DNA from: Podarcis vaucheri
Taxonomy: Eukaryota
Assembly: GCA_965113315.1 (NCBI GenBank)
Contig: OZ220363.1
Strand: one strand, 5' to 3'
DNA: 64,000 nucleotides
Position 1 is the first letter of the stretch. The number at the start of each line of letters is the position of its first letter. Of the stretch, positions 38,878 through 51,035 are shown one piece after another. Both the position numbers and the translations under genes were made by a program. The notes beneath the pieces are model-generated. The model searched no databases. It saw nothing but the letters and a program-made list of their open reading frames with translations, and had not been told where the DNA came from.

Positions 38878-39430
38878 CTGATGGGATTTGAAAAAATACA
38901 TATACAATTAGAATCTTCACCAAAGGTATCTCAGATTCAGAGCTTTTTTTCAGCTGCAACTCACTTCTGGCACTTCTGAGGTGGGTGCCATTGTATTGGT
39001 AATGTAAATATTCAGCACATGCATAGATCTTTGAATTTCACACATGCTTCATCTGACATTTTTTTGACCAACAAGATGAAAGCTTTGGTCCTGAGAGATT
39101 AATATTCTACTTCAGAAACCTTCATCAGGATGCTGGACATTTTACTTGGAGCATATTTAAAGCAAACAGCAGCCTTCGCCAAGATGGCACCCTTCACATG
39201 TTTTGGACAACAACGTCCATCAGTCATGCTGGATGAGGCTAATGGATGTTTTAGTTCAAAACATCTGGAGGGCACTATGTTAGTGAAAGCTGGCCCATAA
39301 TGTCTTTATATCTTGCCTTGAAAATAGAACTTTAATATATTTTCTGTTTCCTGCATTTTAATTCCATTAGATACAAAAGTCCAGAGACAATGGATTTCCA
39401 AACACTATAAAATTCTATTTGCATACTTAC

Positions 39431-39535
39431 ATCACTGGCAATTTCTCTTGAGGCTCTGGCTGTTTTGATTGGGACTGCATCTGCTCTCAGGTCAATATTT
39501 TTCTTCATGTCATCCCATGATTCCCTATAAAGTTT
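39431..39535 (-). CDS. NEB: Nebulin super-repeat exon, 105 nt
   Basis: KLYRESWDDMKKNIDLRADAVPIKTARASREIASD. Confidence 0.95.
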
Positions 39536-39817
39536 CTACAATAAAAAACCAACAACATTATATTGTCATTATCCTCTTTCAGCACTTATATATTTATGAA
39601 AGCTCACTGTCCATCAGCTTTTACTTTTTTCTAATCACTCCCGTTTTTTGCAGGTAAGAGATGCCTTAAACATTACAGATTATCTACATATAAAACTATG
39701 TAAGGAAAAGTATTTAAAGTGCATGTAAGTAATTATGGATAACAAGTGCTAACACATCTGTTTTGTGGAATCTCCACAAACACAATAGATTGCCAGTTTG
39801 CATACAAACAGCTAAAT

Positions 39818-39998
39818 AAATTCCTTCCAGTAGCACCTTAGAGACCAACTAAGTTTGTCATTGGTATGAGCTTTTGTGTGCATGCACACGAAAGCTCATA
39901 CCAATGTCAAACTTAGTTGGTCTCTAAGGTGCTACTGGAAGGAATTTTTTAATTTTGTTTCGACTATGGCAGACCAACACAGTTACCTACCTATAACT
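39818..39998. mobile_element. Penelope-like element remnant forming a 130-bp palindrome
   Basis: Arms 39818-39882 and 39883-39947 with 2 mismatches; tail gactatggcagaccaacac; 12-bp direct repeat agctaaataaat at the edges. Confidence 0.75.
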
Positions 39999-40149
39999 AG
40001 CTAAATAAATGCAGGTGCAATACCCCACCTAGAATTTACATGGGTCCTTGCTGCATAATGAACTTATAACATCCAAAGCCCCCTTCATCTGAGTAACTGA
40101 AGAAGGTTGTAGAGTTGCATCGTAAGAAGAATGATAGCGATTTACTTAC

Positions 40150-40254
40150 ATTGCTCACATTGATAGCATTAGCCCTGGAAAGCATGATTTCTGGTGTGTC
40201 TGGCATCACATGGATCGTAGTTTTATCTTTATCCCACGCTTCTCTGTATTTCGC
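40150..40254 (-). CDS. NEB: Nebulin super-repeat exon, 105 nt
   Basis: [35 protein letters not shown]. Confidence 0.95.
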
Positions 40255-40335
40255 CTACAAAAATACAGAATTATCTGTTAATTCCTTCCGCAGAATAATT
40301 AAAATAATGTCACATTGCTGAAAGGAGTTACATAC

Positions 40336-40539
40336 AAGACTCAGTTGCTCAGCGTTGGTTTTGGCAAGGACAACTTCAGGCGTGTCAACGATGTGGGTAA
40401 ATTTCAAACGATCCCGAGGAGTGCGATAAACGTTGTCACTCAGAATTTCCTGCGCATATTTCACCTTCTTCACTTCTGGAGATTCATTGGGGATCCATCC
40501 AACCCCCCGGAGCCATTCCAGATCTGATTTATACACAGC
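40336..40539 (-). CDS. NEB: Nebulin super-repeat exon, 204 nt, WLRGVGW
   Basis: AVYKSDLEWLRGVGWIPNESPEV...LAKTNAEQLSL. Confidence 0.95.
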
Positions 40540-41190
40540 CTGTGAGAGAAAATGTCAGAAAGGAAGAGCAAGATATTTCAGTTCAATTCAAAAGAAATAC
40601 TCTATGTGATAAATACTGTAGAATGAATGGAACTTCAGAAAGTCAGGACAAACTTGTCTCAATTACAGCATCAGGATCTAAGCAGTACTATCTCTCTGGA
40701 CTAGGCCACAATGTTTCTTTGACATCCAGTTGTATTTCACACCAGCATTTATAACTTCAATCAGCACAATGCTGGCTGGGGAGTTGGGGGCCAAAACATC
40801 TGGAGAGTTCCAGTCTTGTGTAGATTGGGCTAGATAGAGTGGGCAGAAAGATCATCCAATCCATACATATGATGACAGCACTCCAATCGGTTATGAATTC
40901 ATTAGCTATTTTTAGATATGCCAAGTCTATCACATCACTCTTGTCTGTGTTGGACATTCTGAATTAACAATATTTCAGTTCTTCCTCCCAAGGTACTCAT
41001 GATGAAATCAAGTGAAAATGTGACAAGGCCAGATTTAATTAATAAAGCAACTACAAATGTTATCCGGGAAACAAAGTAAAAATTAAGAAAAGGAAATCTT
41101 CCACCACTATCTACCATGATGTCTCTTTTGCCTTCTGTCCCTGCAGTGCTGTGCTGTTTGTTTGGCTTTGCAGAGGACAGATATACTTAC

Positions 41191-41502
41191 ATCGCTCTGT
41201 AGTTCGTAGGCTTTCCTTGCCTGGATCACATCATTCTGGTCGGGCAGACAAGACCACTGGTGCAGATGTTGACGATAGTCCACCTCACTTACTAAAGACT
41301 GGCATAGCTTGGCTGCTTGGACAGACAGCATGTCCACTGGTATAGTAATATTGGCTTTGGATTTGTTGTAAGCTTGCTTATACAACCGGTCATTCTGCAT
41401 CTTCAATACTTTGGCAGCAAATGAAAGTTTAGGGTCCTCCTTCACTGAAGGGCATCCAACGTAGTGGCCTTTCTGTTTCTCATGAGCTTCTTTGTACTTG
41501 TA
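41191..41502 (-). CDS. NEB: Nebulin super-repeat exon, 312 nt
   Basis: YKYKEAHEKQKGHYVGCPSVKEDPK...[11 protein letters not shown]. Confidence 0.95.
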
Positions 41503-42377
41503 CTGAGCAGAAAAGAGAATTGGAAGCTTAAGTAATCTGACCAATTCCAAGGAGAAATGTTAATAGAAGTTCTTGGTATTTCAATTTTGAAGGGATTCGA
41601 CTATGGAATATTCAGGGGGTAGATAAAGCATAGTAAGGCTTCCTAATTCTGTCTTTGTATTATAAAATATTTACTTGGACTTGCTATTAAGGGATGAGAG
41701 GGAAATGCAGTTCAGTTTGCAGTTAAAGTCACACTTCCGTAGTTCACCCTTTTTGAAATGAGAACCAAAAGAAACACAACTATGCTTTCAAATTCACATT
41801 CTCCAAATTTTGCAGTGCACATATGCGGCCGAGTAGTGCATGCAGAAATGGATATACTTGTGTAAAGTATGCATATGAAAACATGCATTAGTGAAAATCA
41901 TACAAAATTTCATTAGGGAAAATGGCTTCACAAAAATATGTATATTAGGCAAAATTGCACACAAAAATTATATTAGGAGAATTTCTCGCTAAGATGCTGA
42001 TGAATTTTCATGAAAGCTTTTTTAAAAAATACAGGCCAATGTGGAAATGTAATAATTTACTATAAATGGCTGTAAAATCGGATTTAATATGTCTGCTTGA
42101 AAATATGCCTGCCATTTTGGGATTTGGGGACCAGTTAAACTAAGATTGTGAAAAATAGCTCATCTTGGCTTAACTGGCAATAGCCAATGCTGGAAGAAAA
42201 GATCTCTACAGCTTGAGAACCAATGTAAGCAAATTTCAGGATGTATCTGTGCCAACAGTCTAAAAACTTAAAATGCTAATCTAAAATCAGTTTCCTAATA
42301 TTTACCAAAATATTAGCCACCTGTTTAGCCTTATAGGAAATAACATTACAGAAATAATATACAACAGTTGACAGTAC

Positions 42378-42485
42378 CTCACTGGCAATGTTTCTCGAAG
42401 CCTTGGCATGCTGAATTGCAATGGCATCCACTCTTAAGTCATAACCTTTTTTCTTGGCTTCTTCCCACCCTGCTTCATAATGTTT
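42378..42485 (-). CDS. NEB: Nebulin super-repeat exon, 108 nt
   Basis: [36 protein letters not shown]. Confidence 0.95.
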
Positions 42486-42993
42486 CTGTGAAGAAAATGA
42501 ATAATGCAGCATTCATGTCAGTGTATTTCAATTTTTTTTTAGTAAGGGTCCTGAATATTAACTCATGTGTTTAAGATCTTCAGGTTGTAATTCTAAGTGC
42601 AAGTAATGATAAATTTGAGCAAGCAATATGAAAAAAAAACAAAAAAATGTATTGACTTAATAATTTATGAAAACATTAATTGGCCTCATTATAAAATAGT
42701 AAGTCAGTGTGCCGAATAAAATCATTGTAGTAAAGCAATAACATGTTCCAAGCACAAATGCCACAACAGAGCCAGCACTAAAACATCATTGCTTAGGAAG
42801 GCCATTGTGAGTATGTGTGTTTAAAGCAACCAGAGGAACATCATCACTGTAGATGCCCATTGTATCTCTAGGGGAAGGTCATTCCATGGCACAGGACACA
42901 TTAAATATTACCATGTTGCCTTTTCTTCCATGTCAAGCTCCCACAATAGAATTGTATTGCTATGGTGTATACATATATTCAAACATATAATGT

Positions 42994-43348
42994 TGTAACG
43001 GTAAAGGGACCCCTGACCATTAGGTCCAGTCGTGACCGACTCTGGGGTTGCGGCGCTCATCTCGCTTTACTGGCCAAGGGAGCCGGCGTACAGCTTCCGG
43101 GTCATGTGGCCAGCATGACTAAGCCGCTTCTGGCAAACCAGAGCAGCGCACGGAAACGCCGTTTACCTTCCCGCCAGAGTGGTACCTATTTATCTACTTG
43201 CACTTTGAAGTGCTTTCAAACTGCTAGGTTGGCAGGAGTAGGGACTGAGCAACGGGAGCTCACTCCATCACGGGGATTCGAACCGCCAACCTTCCGATCG
43301 GCAAGTCCTAGGCTCTGTGGTTTAGACCACAGCACCACCCATGTCCCT
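42994..43348 (-). mobile_element. Sauria SINE, full length
   Basis: Aligns to 2187-2540; 12-bp TSD aacatataatgt. Confidence 0.9.
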
Positions 43349-43901
43349 AACATATAATGTATCATACTCAAATAAATGTTGAAAAATGTATGTTTTTATA
43401 CTGAGCCTAAAAATTAATGAGTTAAAACTGAGGAACAAAGGGATGAAATAAAATATAAAATTAAACCCTTTTAGTTACTGCTATCTAACTTCACACTAAG
43501 AAACATTGCAATGTTTTTCTAATATTCAGTATTATGGGAAAGATCAAAGATGATTCCAGTAGATGTGACAAAACTTCCTCTCCTTTGCCCCACCCAATCT
43601 GCTCCAGAAAACCCCCTAGATTGATATAAGCTATCAAAAATATCATATTTTCCATGTTAAAGACCTTCCTGCTCCCCACCTTCCATTTGTTTGCTCAAGT
43701 CTAGGGAATCATGAATTCAGTGGAAGGGCATTACTCATAGCTAATCAGAATTGGTTGCTACATAGAGAACTGAATGGGCATTTCATACATTCATCCTTTG
43801 GTATTCTCAATTCCAATCATAAAACAATTTTAACTGAAAGGCAATTCTCACCCAAACCCCTTATTTAAAGGTCAGAATTGTTTTGCAGATTTAATTCTTA
43901 C

Positions 43902-44006
43902 TTTGCTGACGTTCAGAGCATTCATTTTGGACAGAACCATCTCAGGAGTATCAGCTGGAAGAGTAAACTGTGTCTTTTCTTTATCCCAGAGTTCACGATA
44001 TAATGC
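43902..44006 (-). CDS. NEB: Nebulin super-repeat exon, 105 nt
   Basis: ALYRELWDKEKTQFTLPADTPEMVLSKMNALNVSK. Confidence 0.95.
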
Positions 44007-44909
44007 CTAATGAGGGGAAAAAATATAGTACTTCTTTCTGTTATAATATACAAAGTACATATTGAGAGTATACATACAAAACCCTCCATACAAGCTACTC
44101 GTGCAAGCGGCCTAGTTGGGTGTGCAGCATCGCATATGGATTTTTTATTGGGGATTTATTAAAGAACAGCAGCTACTCCATTGTTAGAAAAATTGCCATG
44201 TTTGGCATTTCTAATCACAGAAGCAATCTTTTGCGAAACCTGCCCCTGCATTTATGTTCCTCAACAATCAGAAAAAAATGCAGAAATATGTTCTAAATGC
44301 AGAGTTGCATCCAATAGTATCTTTGCAGTTGTAAGGAGGTACTTTTGTTTGATAAAGATGGGGCACACAATTTTCAGATATGCCCACCTACCCACTGCTC
44401 CTAGGCGTTGGGCGACCTTCTGGCATGGAAGGATTCAATAGGTAAGGGAGTGTGGCAAAATGAGATGTCACCTTATATGAATGGTATTACCTTTCACAAC
44501 TGGAAAGCTGCTACTGGATACAACCTATACTTTTTGCATTGCATTTATTTGAATAAATAAAGGTGTTTACTATGATAGCAGTCAGAATGGGACGGTTTTC
44601 AAGCATTAACTCAGTTTAAAGGCTCTCTAGCAAAGTGTACAGATCATGAAACAAACTGCAATCTCTGCACCCCAATTGCCCCAATGGAAAGCCTTCTTTG
44701 ACTTCATAGGGGTCTAAATGTGATCTTAAATGAGAGCATAGGCAGCCTCAAGTGATTGTTGAAAATCAAAGCTGCATGGGTTTTGTGCTTATTATTTTCA
44801 TATATCTCACTTGATTCCAGCATGCCGGAGTGAGCATCTAGAAGGACATTCTCCCCACACCCAAAACGCAGATACCCGAGGACCCAAAGGCAAATGCAAA
44901 GTTTCTTAC

Positions 44910-45113
44910 ATTGCTCTGAAGCAGAGCATTGGCCTTTGCCAAGACAATTTCTGGAGAATCAACAATAGCGGTGAATTTCACAGAGTCTGGTCGTTGACGG
45001 TACAGTCTGTCATTCAGGATCTCCTGGGCCTTCTTCACTTTTAAGACTTCCAAAGAACCTTCTGGAATCCAACCAATACCACGCAGCCATTCTAGGTCTT
45101 GCTTGTAGACGTT
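44910..45113 (-). CDS. NEB: Nebulin super-repeat exon, 204 nt, WLRGIGW
   Basis: [23 protein letters not shown]...[11 protein letters not shown]. Confidence 0.95.
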
Positions 45114-46113
45114 CTGCAAAGGAAACAATTGGGCTATTAACAATATGGTTGAAAATGTTTCCTCCAATTTAAGGTCTGCCAATTCGTACTATCATATGTT
45201 TGATCCATCCCATGCTAAATCTTGAAGACTAGGGGTGAAATTAATGAACTTAACCATGGTTATTAATTTCAGTGGGTCTACTTTGAGTAAAACTGAGGTG
45301 AATACTACACTTGCTCTAAACACAACCCTGGTACCAGGCCCAATAACTCTTACACTGCAGTCCTTAGCATGGTTACATAAAAGTCCCTACTGAGCAAAGT
45401 GTGGCTTGTTCCCTAATTATTGTATTTAGGACTGCTAATCCAAATTATTTGTAGCAGCACCAGCACAAATAAGTTTAGGCACTTTTACTTACCATATATT
45501 GGTTTACATTAGTTTTAGTTGTGTGTTTGTTTTTTTAAGTGTTTTTAATGCATTATAACATCGTGACTCCAGATGGCGCTGTAGAGTTTGGCCTTTCTGC
45601 AACGTGATTTCCCATTATGAGGTTTACAACGCGTTTTCCTGAAATGCTTTTATGATGTGTCTCAATCCAGCCCAGGGACATTGAAATTTGATCTTTATTG
45701 ATGCTCACTTTTTACAGCCTGCTTAACCAAGCAGAGTGTTTCTGTGCAGCCCTACAGTTTTGCATAAGAGCTTCGGGACTGAAACGCACCAGACTTTTAT
45801 TTCTTTATGAATAGCCTAAGCATATTTCATCCCACATTCAGAAATTTATGGAAACATAGGAAGCTGTCTTTATATCGGTTCCGACTATTGGTCCATCTAG
45901 CCTAGTCCCGCCTACTCTGATCAGAAGCCAGGGTCTCAGGCAACGAGAGAGATACCTGACCTTTTAAACTTGCTACTGATGTTCTAACTCTTTTCAACTC
46001 AATATGCCATAGACTGAACCTGAGAGACCTTCTGCTTGCAAAGAAGGTGTTTTGCCACTGAGCTGTGATCCCACCTCCATGTGCCCAGGTGCTTTATGTT
46101 TGCTTTTACGTAC

Positions 46114-46425
46114 ATCACTCTGTATGTCATACACTTTCTTAGCCTGAATGACGTCATTCTGGTCAGGCAGGCAGGTCCATTCATGCAGGTAGTGGCGGTA
46201 ATCAATGTCACTAACAAGCTTCTGACAATTCTTAGCCAACAGGACTGATAGCATGTCAACTGGACTATGGATCTTCGTCTTCAGTTGATTAAATACTTTC
46301 TTGTACTCCCGATCGCTCTGCATTTTAGCTACATGCATAGCCAACACCATCTTGGGATCATCTTGAAGGTTTCGGAACCCGATATAGTGCCCTTTCTGCT
46401 TCTCATATGCTTCTTTGTATTTAAA
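46114..46425 (-). CDS. NEB: Nebulin super-repeat exon, 312 nt (acceptor duplicated by TE insertion)
   Basis: [25 protein letters not shown]...[11 protein letters not shown]. Confidence 0.94.
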
Positions 46426-46437
46426 CTGCAAAAGAGA

Positions 46438-46784
46438 TGAAAGTTGAAACAATATTATGTTTAAATTAAGTAGTTAAGAATTTGACAAAAATATTTAAAG
46501 CCTAAGACATAATATTTGAAAATTACAAAATAAGAATTGAAATAAGGTAATAAATTGCTGCTTATAAGTTTATAACTGGGAACGCAGGAAAGGGAGATGT
46601 GAGGAAGTCCAAAAGTTATGGAAATATGATTTATGGATAGCTGTTTTTGTTGTATTTTTTCTATTCTATGTTTATCTTTTTGTTTTTCTCTGTTTTTCTT
46701 TGTTTGTTATATCTTGGTGATGGTTTATTATATGTTTGGTGATTTCTTGTTTAAAACTTGCAATAAATATCTTTTTTAAAAAAA
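46438..46784 (+). mobile_element. 5'-truncated retroelement 3' end (L1/Tx1-like UTR) inserted at a splice acceptor
   Basis: AT-rich, AATAAA then A-tail, 16-bp TSD taaactgcaaaagaga (46422-46437, 46785-46800). Confidence 0.8.
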
Positions 46785-47101
46785 TAAACTGCAAAAGAGA
46801 AAAGAAACACTTTTTAGAGCTATTATTATTTATTAATTAAAAGCATTGGGCATGCTTGCAGAGACTAATAAGAATGGCAATCCAAAACTTTTGTAGGGCA
46901 TCAGGCTGGGGAATATTGCTCTTGTGTACTACAAATGTTGAAGATATCAATATAGGGTCAGTCGAAAGGACCTGCATCGCCACCCTAGAAGACTGAACAC
47001 CTTTTCTTTGAATTAATTATTTCTATAATAGTCATTTTGAAAACAACAGGGTTGTTACTTGCATTTCTCCGCAGAAGTGTGTAATCAACACATCCACTTA
47101 C

Positions 47102-47209
47102 ATCACTAGCTATGTCCCTTGATGCCTTTGCAGATCTGATTGGAATTGCATCAGCTCTCAAGTCATATCCTTTCTGCTTCGCCTCTTCCCATCCCTCGAT
47201 ATAAAGTCT
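47102..47209 (-). CDS. NEB: Nebulin super-repeat exon, 108 nt
   Basis: [36 protein letters not shown]. Confidence 0.95.
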
Positions 47210-47336
47210 CTACAGAAGGAGTCATAAAAACAACAACCATGAATGAAAACTCACTCACATAGAATTTGTACAGAATCCCCAATTATTTAAGAAAACAGAT
47301 GCATTTTTAAAACCCATCCTTAAAAAATGCTCTTAC

Positions 47337-47441
47337 GTGGCTAATGTTGGCTGAGTTTGCCTTTGCCAGCATAATCTCTGGGGTATCTGGCATGACATGA
47401 ATGTTTGTTTTATCAACATTCCAGGCTTCAGTGTATAATCT
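47337..47441 (-). CDS. NEB: Nebulin super-repeat exon, 105 nt
   Basis: [35 protein letters not shown]. Confidence 0.95.
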
Positions 47442-47967
47442 CTGTGGGAGAGCAGAAGAAATAGTTAGCATTTTGTATTTTGAAAAGCATCAAAATAACA
47501 TGCACCCTTAGGAACTGATGCTATTGCTACTATATCCATAAACAAAAATTGTATTGTAGCATGCCCAACAATATAAATTTACCAAATAATACCAGGATTT
47601 TCTAACTAAAATAATTTTGTTAAATCATATTTCATTATATTAAATAATTTGTTGCCACACTTACTCCTATCCTTGTGATGCCCCAAGTTAGAATTGTTAT
47701 TGTATCTTCTGTGAGAACACCATCAACACTTATAAATAACTATCACATTGGTTAGCCAATTGGCTTAATCGAAAAATGGGCAAATAACTGTGGTTGCAAG
47801 GAAAAAAAGAGGGAAAGTGGCAACAAGAGCTGAGAAAGACAAAAGGGTATTGATGGCAGCGAAAAATACGAATGTTGAGGCAAATCTTTAAGCAAATCTT
47901 TAAGCAAATATTGGCATTAGAGAACACACACAGCGCAGTCCTAGAAATGCCTAATCACAAGACTCAC

Positions 47968-48171
47968 CTTGTTCATCGTCTCAGCGTTATGTTTTGCCAA
48001 CTCCATCTCCAAAGAATCTGTGACGCTGGTAAACTTGAACTTATCAGGTGGCTGTCGGTACTTCCTGTCACTTAGGATTTCTCCTGCTCTCTTTACTTTC
48101 TCAACTTCCAAAGAGCCAGAAGGAATCCAACCAACACCTTTCAGCCATTCCATATCTGATTTGTAAAGCAC
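47968..48171 (-). CDS. NEB: Nebulin super-repeat exon, 204 nt, WLKGVGW
   Basis: [23 protein letters not shown]...[11 protein letters not shown]. Confidence 0.95.
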
Positions 48172-48258
48172 CTGGAATATGAACACAGATTATCCTTGCA
48201 TTCAGAGAAACTATCAACTTCACACATAACTACTATTGCAGGGGAATATTTCTGGGTT

Positions 48259-48521
48259 CAGTGGTGGAGCTTCATGCTCCAGCAGCGGGGGGCAGAGAGC
48301 AGGCAGGGGCAGGGCTGGCGCACGTCCCAGGGACGTGGCGCGCCACCTGTAGGGGCATGGTGCGTGTCCTGGGGGCGTGGCGTGCGTCCTGGGGGCATGG
48401 TGTGCCACCTGTAGGGGTGTGGCACCCAGCACGGGCAGGGGGGCAGCCGCGATGGCACCCTGCTGGGATTGCGCTGCCGTGGGTGGTGTGCTCCCCCCAC
48501 ACGCCTCTTCCTCCGCCAGTG
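48259..48521. mobile_element. GC-rich hAT-type MITE with internal short repeats
   Basis: 8-bp TSD tctgggtt; imperfect TIRs cagtggtggag / ctccgccagtg. Confidence 0.82.
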
Positions 48522-49378
48522 TCTGGGTTATAAACATAGAGATGAAACATTAAATATGTGTATACTAAAGGACCAATACATCACAGTTACAACCACTATA
48601 ACTCCTGCTTTTGCAGCTACATATTCATTTAGCCCAAACTTGATGATCCTATGCAGTCTGATTCACACTCCCTTGTTCATTGCTTGGCCTCTTGTCACAT
48701 GTTTAATTACTTGGGAGCAAGCCCAATTGAACAAAGTGCTACTTCTGAGTAAATATCTATAGAACTGTGCCATTGATGTCTCATTCCCGACATTGCTTAG
48801 AATGCTAATGGAATCTGCCTCTACTGAATTTCACCTTGGATTTTGGTGTTTCACGTTATCGTAACGGAACTAAAAGTATCTGGTGATATATTTCCAAAAC
48901 GTTTGCAAGGTATCTTACAAATAATTATTTTTAAATTGTTCATTAAAAAAACTAGCTTATTTTTTCAGAATTGCACAATTTTGCTACTGCATTTAAAAAT
49001 ATACATGATATAAATATTGTATATGTTTCTAAAAACTGTTCTTTTAACTTAAAAAAAATTCCCAATTAAAAACATACCTTTTGTTTTATGTGTCATTGGG
49101 GTGGTTTGCTGGTTTTTGTTTTAGGTTTACTTTTAAAATTATGCACAAAAGCCTTTACTGACAATACAAAACCCGGAGTTTGTTCCAGGGTTCAAACGGA
49201 AGGCAACCCAAGGAATAGTGAACAATAACAGAGAGGAATGGATGGAATCCATTCATCTCCACTTATAACACATTGATTTCCAGGTATATATGAACTGTCT
49301 CCATAAAAAAGCATATCTGGATGATTTGGGGAAAGACACAAATTCACTGGCTGTGTTTATTCTGCATAGCTTACTCAC

Positions 49379-49690
49379 ATCACTCTGGAGATCATAGGCC
49401 TTTCTAGCTTGGATGACGTCATTCTGATCTGGAAGGCAGGTCCACTGGTGCAGATAATGACGGTAATCAATATCACTGACCAACTTCTGGCAATTCTTAG
49501 CGTGCAACACTTCCAGCATGTCCACAGGGCTAATATACTTAGTCTTCCATTTCTCAAAGTCCTTCTTATACTCCCTCTCACTCTGCATTTTGGCTACATT
49601 CATAGAATGCACAAGTTTCGGGTCATCTTGCACACTGCGTGCTCCAATATGGTGGCCAAGCTGCTTGCGATAGCCTTCTTTGTATTTGTA
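49379..49690 (-). CDS. NEB: Nebulin super-repeat exon, 312 nt
   Basis: [25 protein letters not shown]...[11 protein letters not shown]. Confidence 0.95.
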
Positions 49691-50927
49691 CTGAAATAGA
49701 TATACATGTGTAAACCATCTACCCATAAGATTATTCATCAGATACCTGCATTGGAAAATCCCACATTCTGAGAGGATTGTGACAGTATTTTTCTCATCTA
49801 GATAGCATCTTTTGTTCCTATGCTTGTCCCTTCATCTTCCTATTTCATCGTACATATTTTCTAATAATCTTTAAAGATTTTGTTCCTTTGGCAAGGTAAG
49901 CTTTTCTTCTTCTTCAATCCTTTATTATTCATGGATAGGAATGAAAAAGCTCTTTAGGTAGTTCCGATGTCTTGGGTAATGCTTAAGCACCTCCCGCCAT
50001 CTTTCCAGTTTCAAAACTACTTTGCTATGTGGCGATCAAGTGGGGGCTTTCATGAACCACGAGTCCATGGTCCCTTGGAGATGCAGAGCTTGTTCACAGT
50101 TCCTTGAATCTCAGCTCTAAATTAATCCCAATATATTTTCCCCCTGGATTTCATCTCTTTTTTTTTTCTTTTCTTTTTTAATCTATTATGCAGCTGCCTT
50201 CAAATATTTTTCCTTTCTTTTCCAGTAAGTTTTAAAGAAACATAGTAAACAAAGCAAACAAACAAGGAAATACATCTGGCTAAGTCCATTTCACCACACT
50301 GTGAAAATGTCCGGTGGGTTGATAACAGTTCCAAAATGGGGCAAAAAGCCCAAGTTTCTGCTTGCATTATTCTTTTCTTCCCATGAATGTTTACAGCAAG
50401 TGATCTTATTAATATTCCACACAGTAAACATTTCCTGCTAATAACAGCTGAGCTGTAGTTAATACATAATTAACTTCGACTTTGAGTTTTCTTTTAACTT
50501 GCCCTTTCACTAACCATGAAATAATTGTTTTAGGGTTTCATTGTAGCTTGTATCACATTAAAACCCTGTGAAACATTACTGTCTTCCTATATTGTGCCTA
50601 AGACTCTCCTCGTGCCACTCTGCTTTCTATTTACTACATCTCCTCAGGCACCTTTTTCAATACTCTGTTCTTAATGCTACTAAAGAACCCTGTTCTTTTG
50701 TCCCCATAATTCACATAATAATTTAGTCTCTTAGCAAATGAAACCAAAATCGTGGAAGGAAATGTAGCTTCTCTCTAATACTGCCTTTCATGGATGCCTA
50801 AAACATCCACCACAGTCACACATACTGTAGAATTGAGACCATAGTTTCAATTCTTTTTTTTATTTAGAGCAAGAAATGTTTTCCCCTTAAAAAAAAATGC
50901 TATACATAGAACATATTGGGTACACAC

Positions 50928-51035
50928 ATCACTGGCAATATTTCTGGAAGCCTTGGCAGCTTGAATTGGGATAGCATCCAAACGTAAGTCATAGCCATCC
51001 TTCTTTGCCTCCTCCATAGCAAGTCTGTATAATTT
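50928..51035 (-). CDS. NEB: Nebulin super-repeat exon, 108 nt
   Basis: [36 protein letters not shown]; donor gtgtgt. Confidence 0.94.

Larger units (their letters stand above)
38275..41760. repeat. Intragenic duplication block B (paralogue of 32400-35710)
   Basis: Aligns with block A; carries an extra Penelope-like insert and a 110-nt shorter intron. Confidence 0.93.

Noticed and set aside
39860-39905. Active hammerhead ribozyme or miRNA precursor
   Set aside because: The CUGANGA catalytic box is absent on both strands, and the hairpin is explained by a copy-specific transposon inversion.
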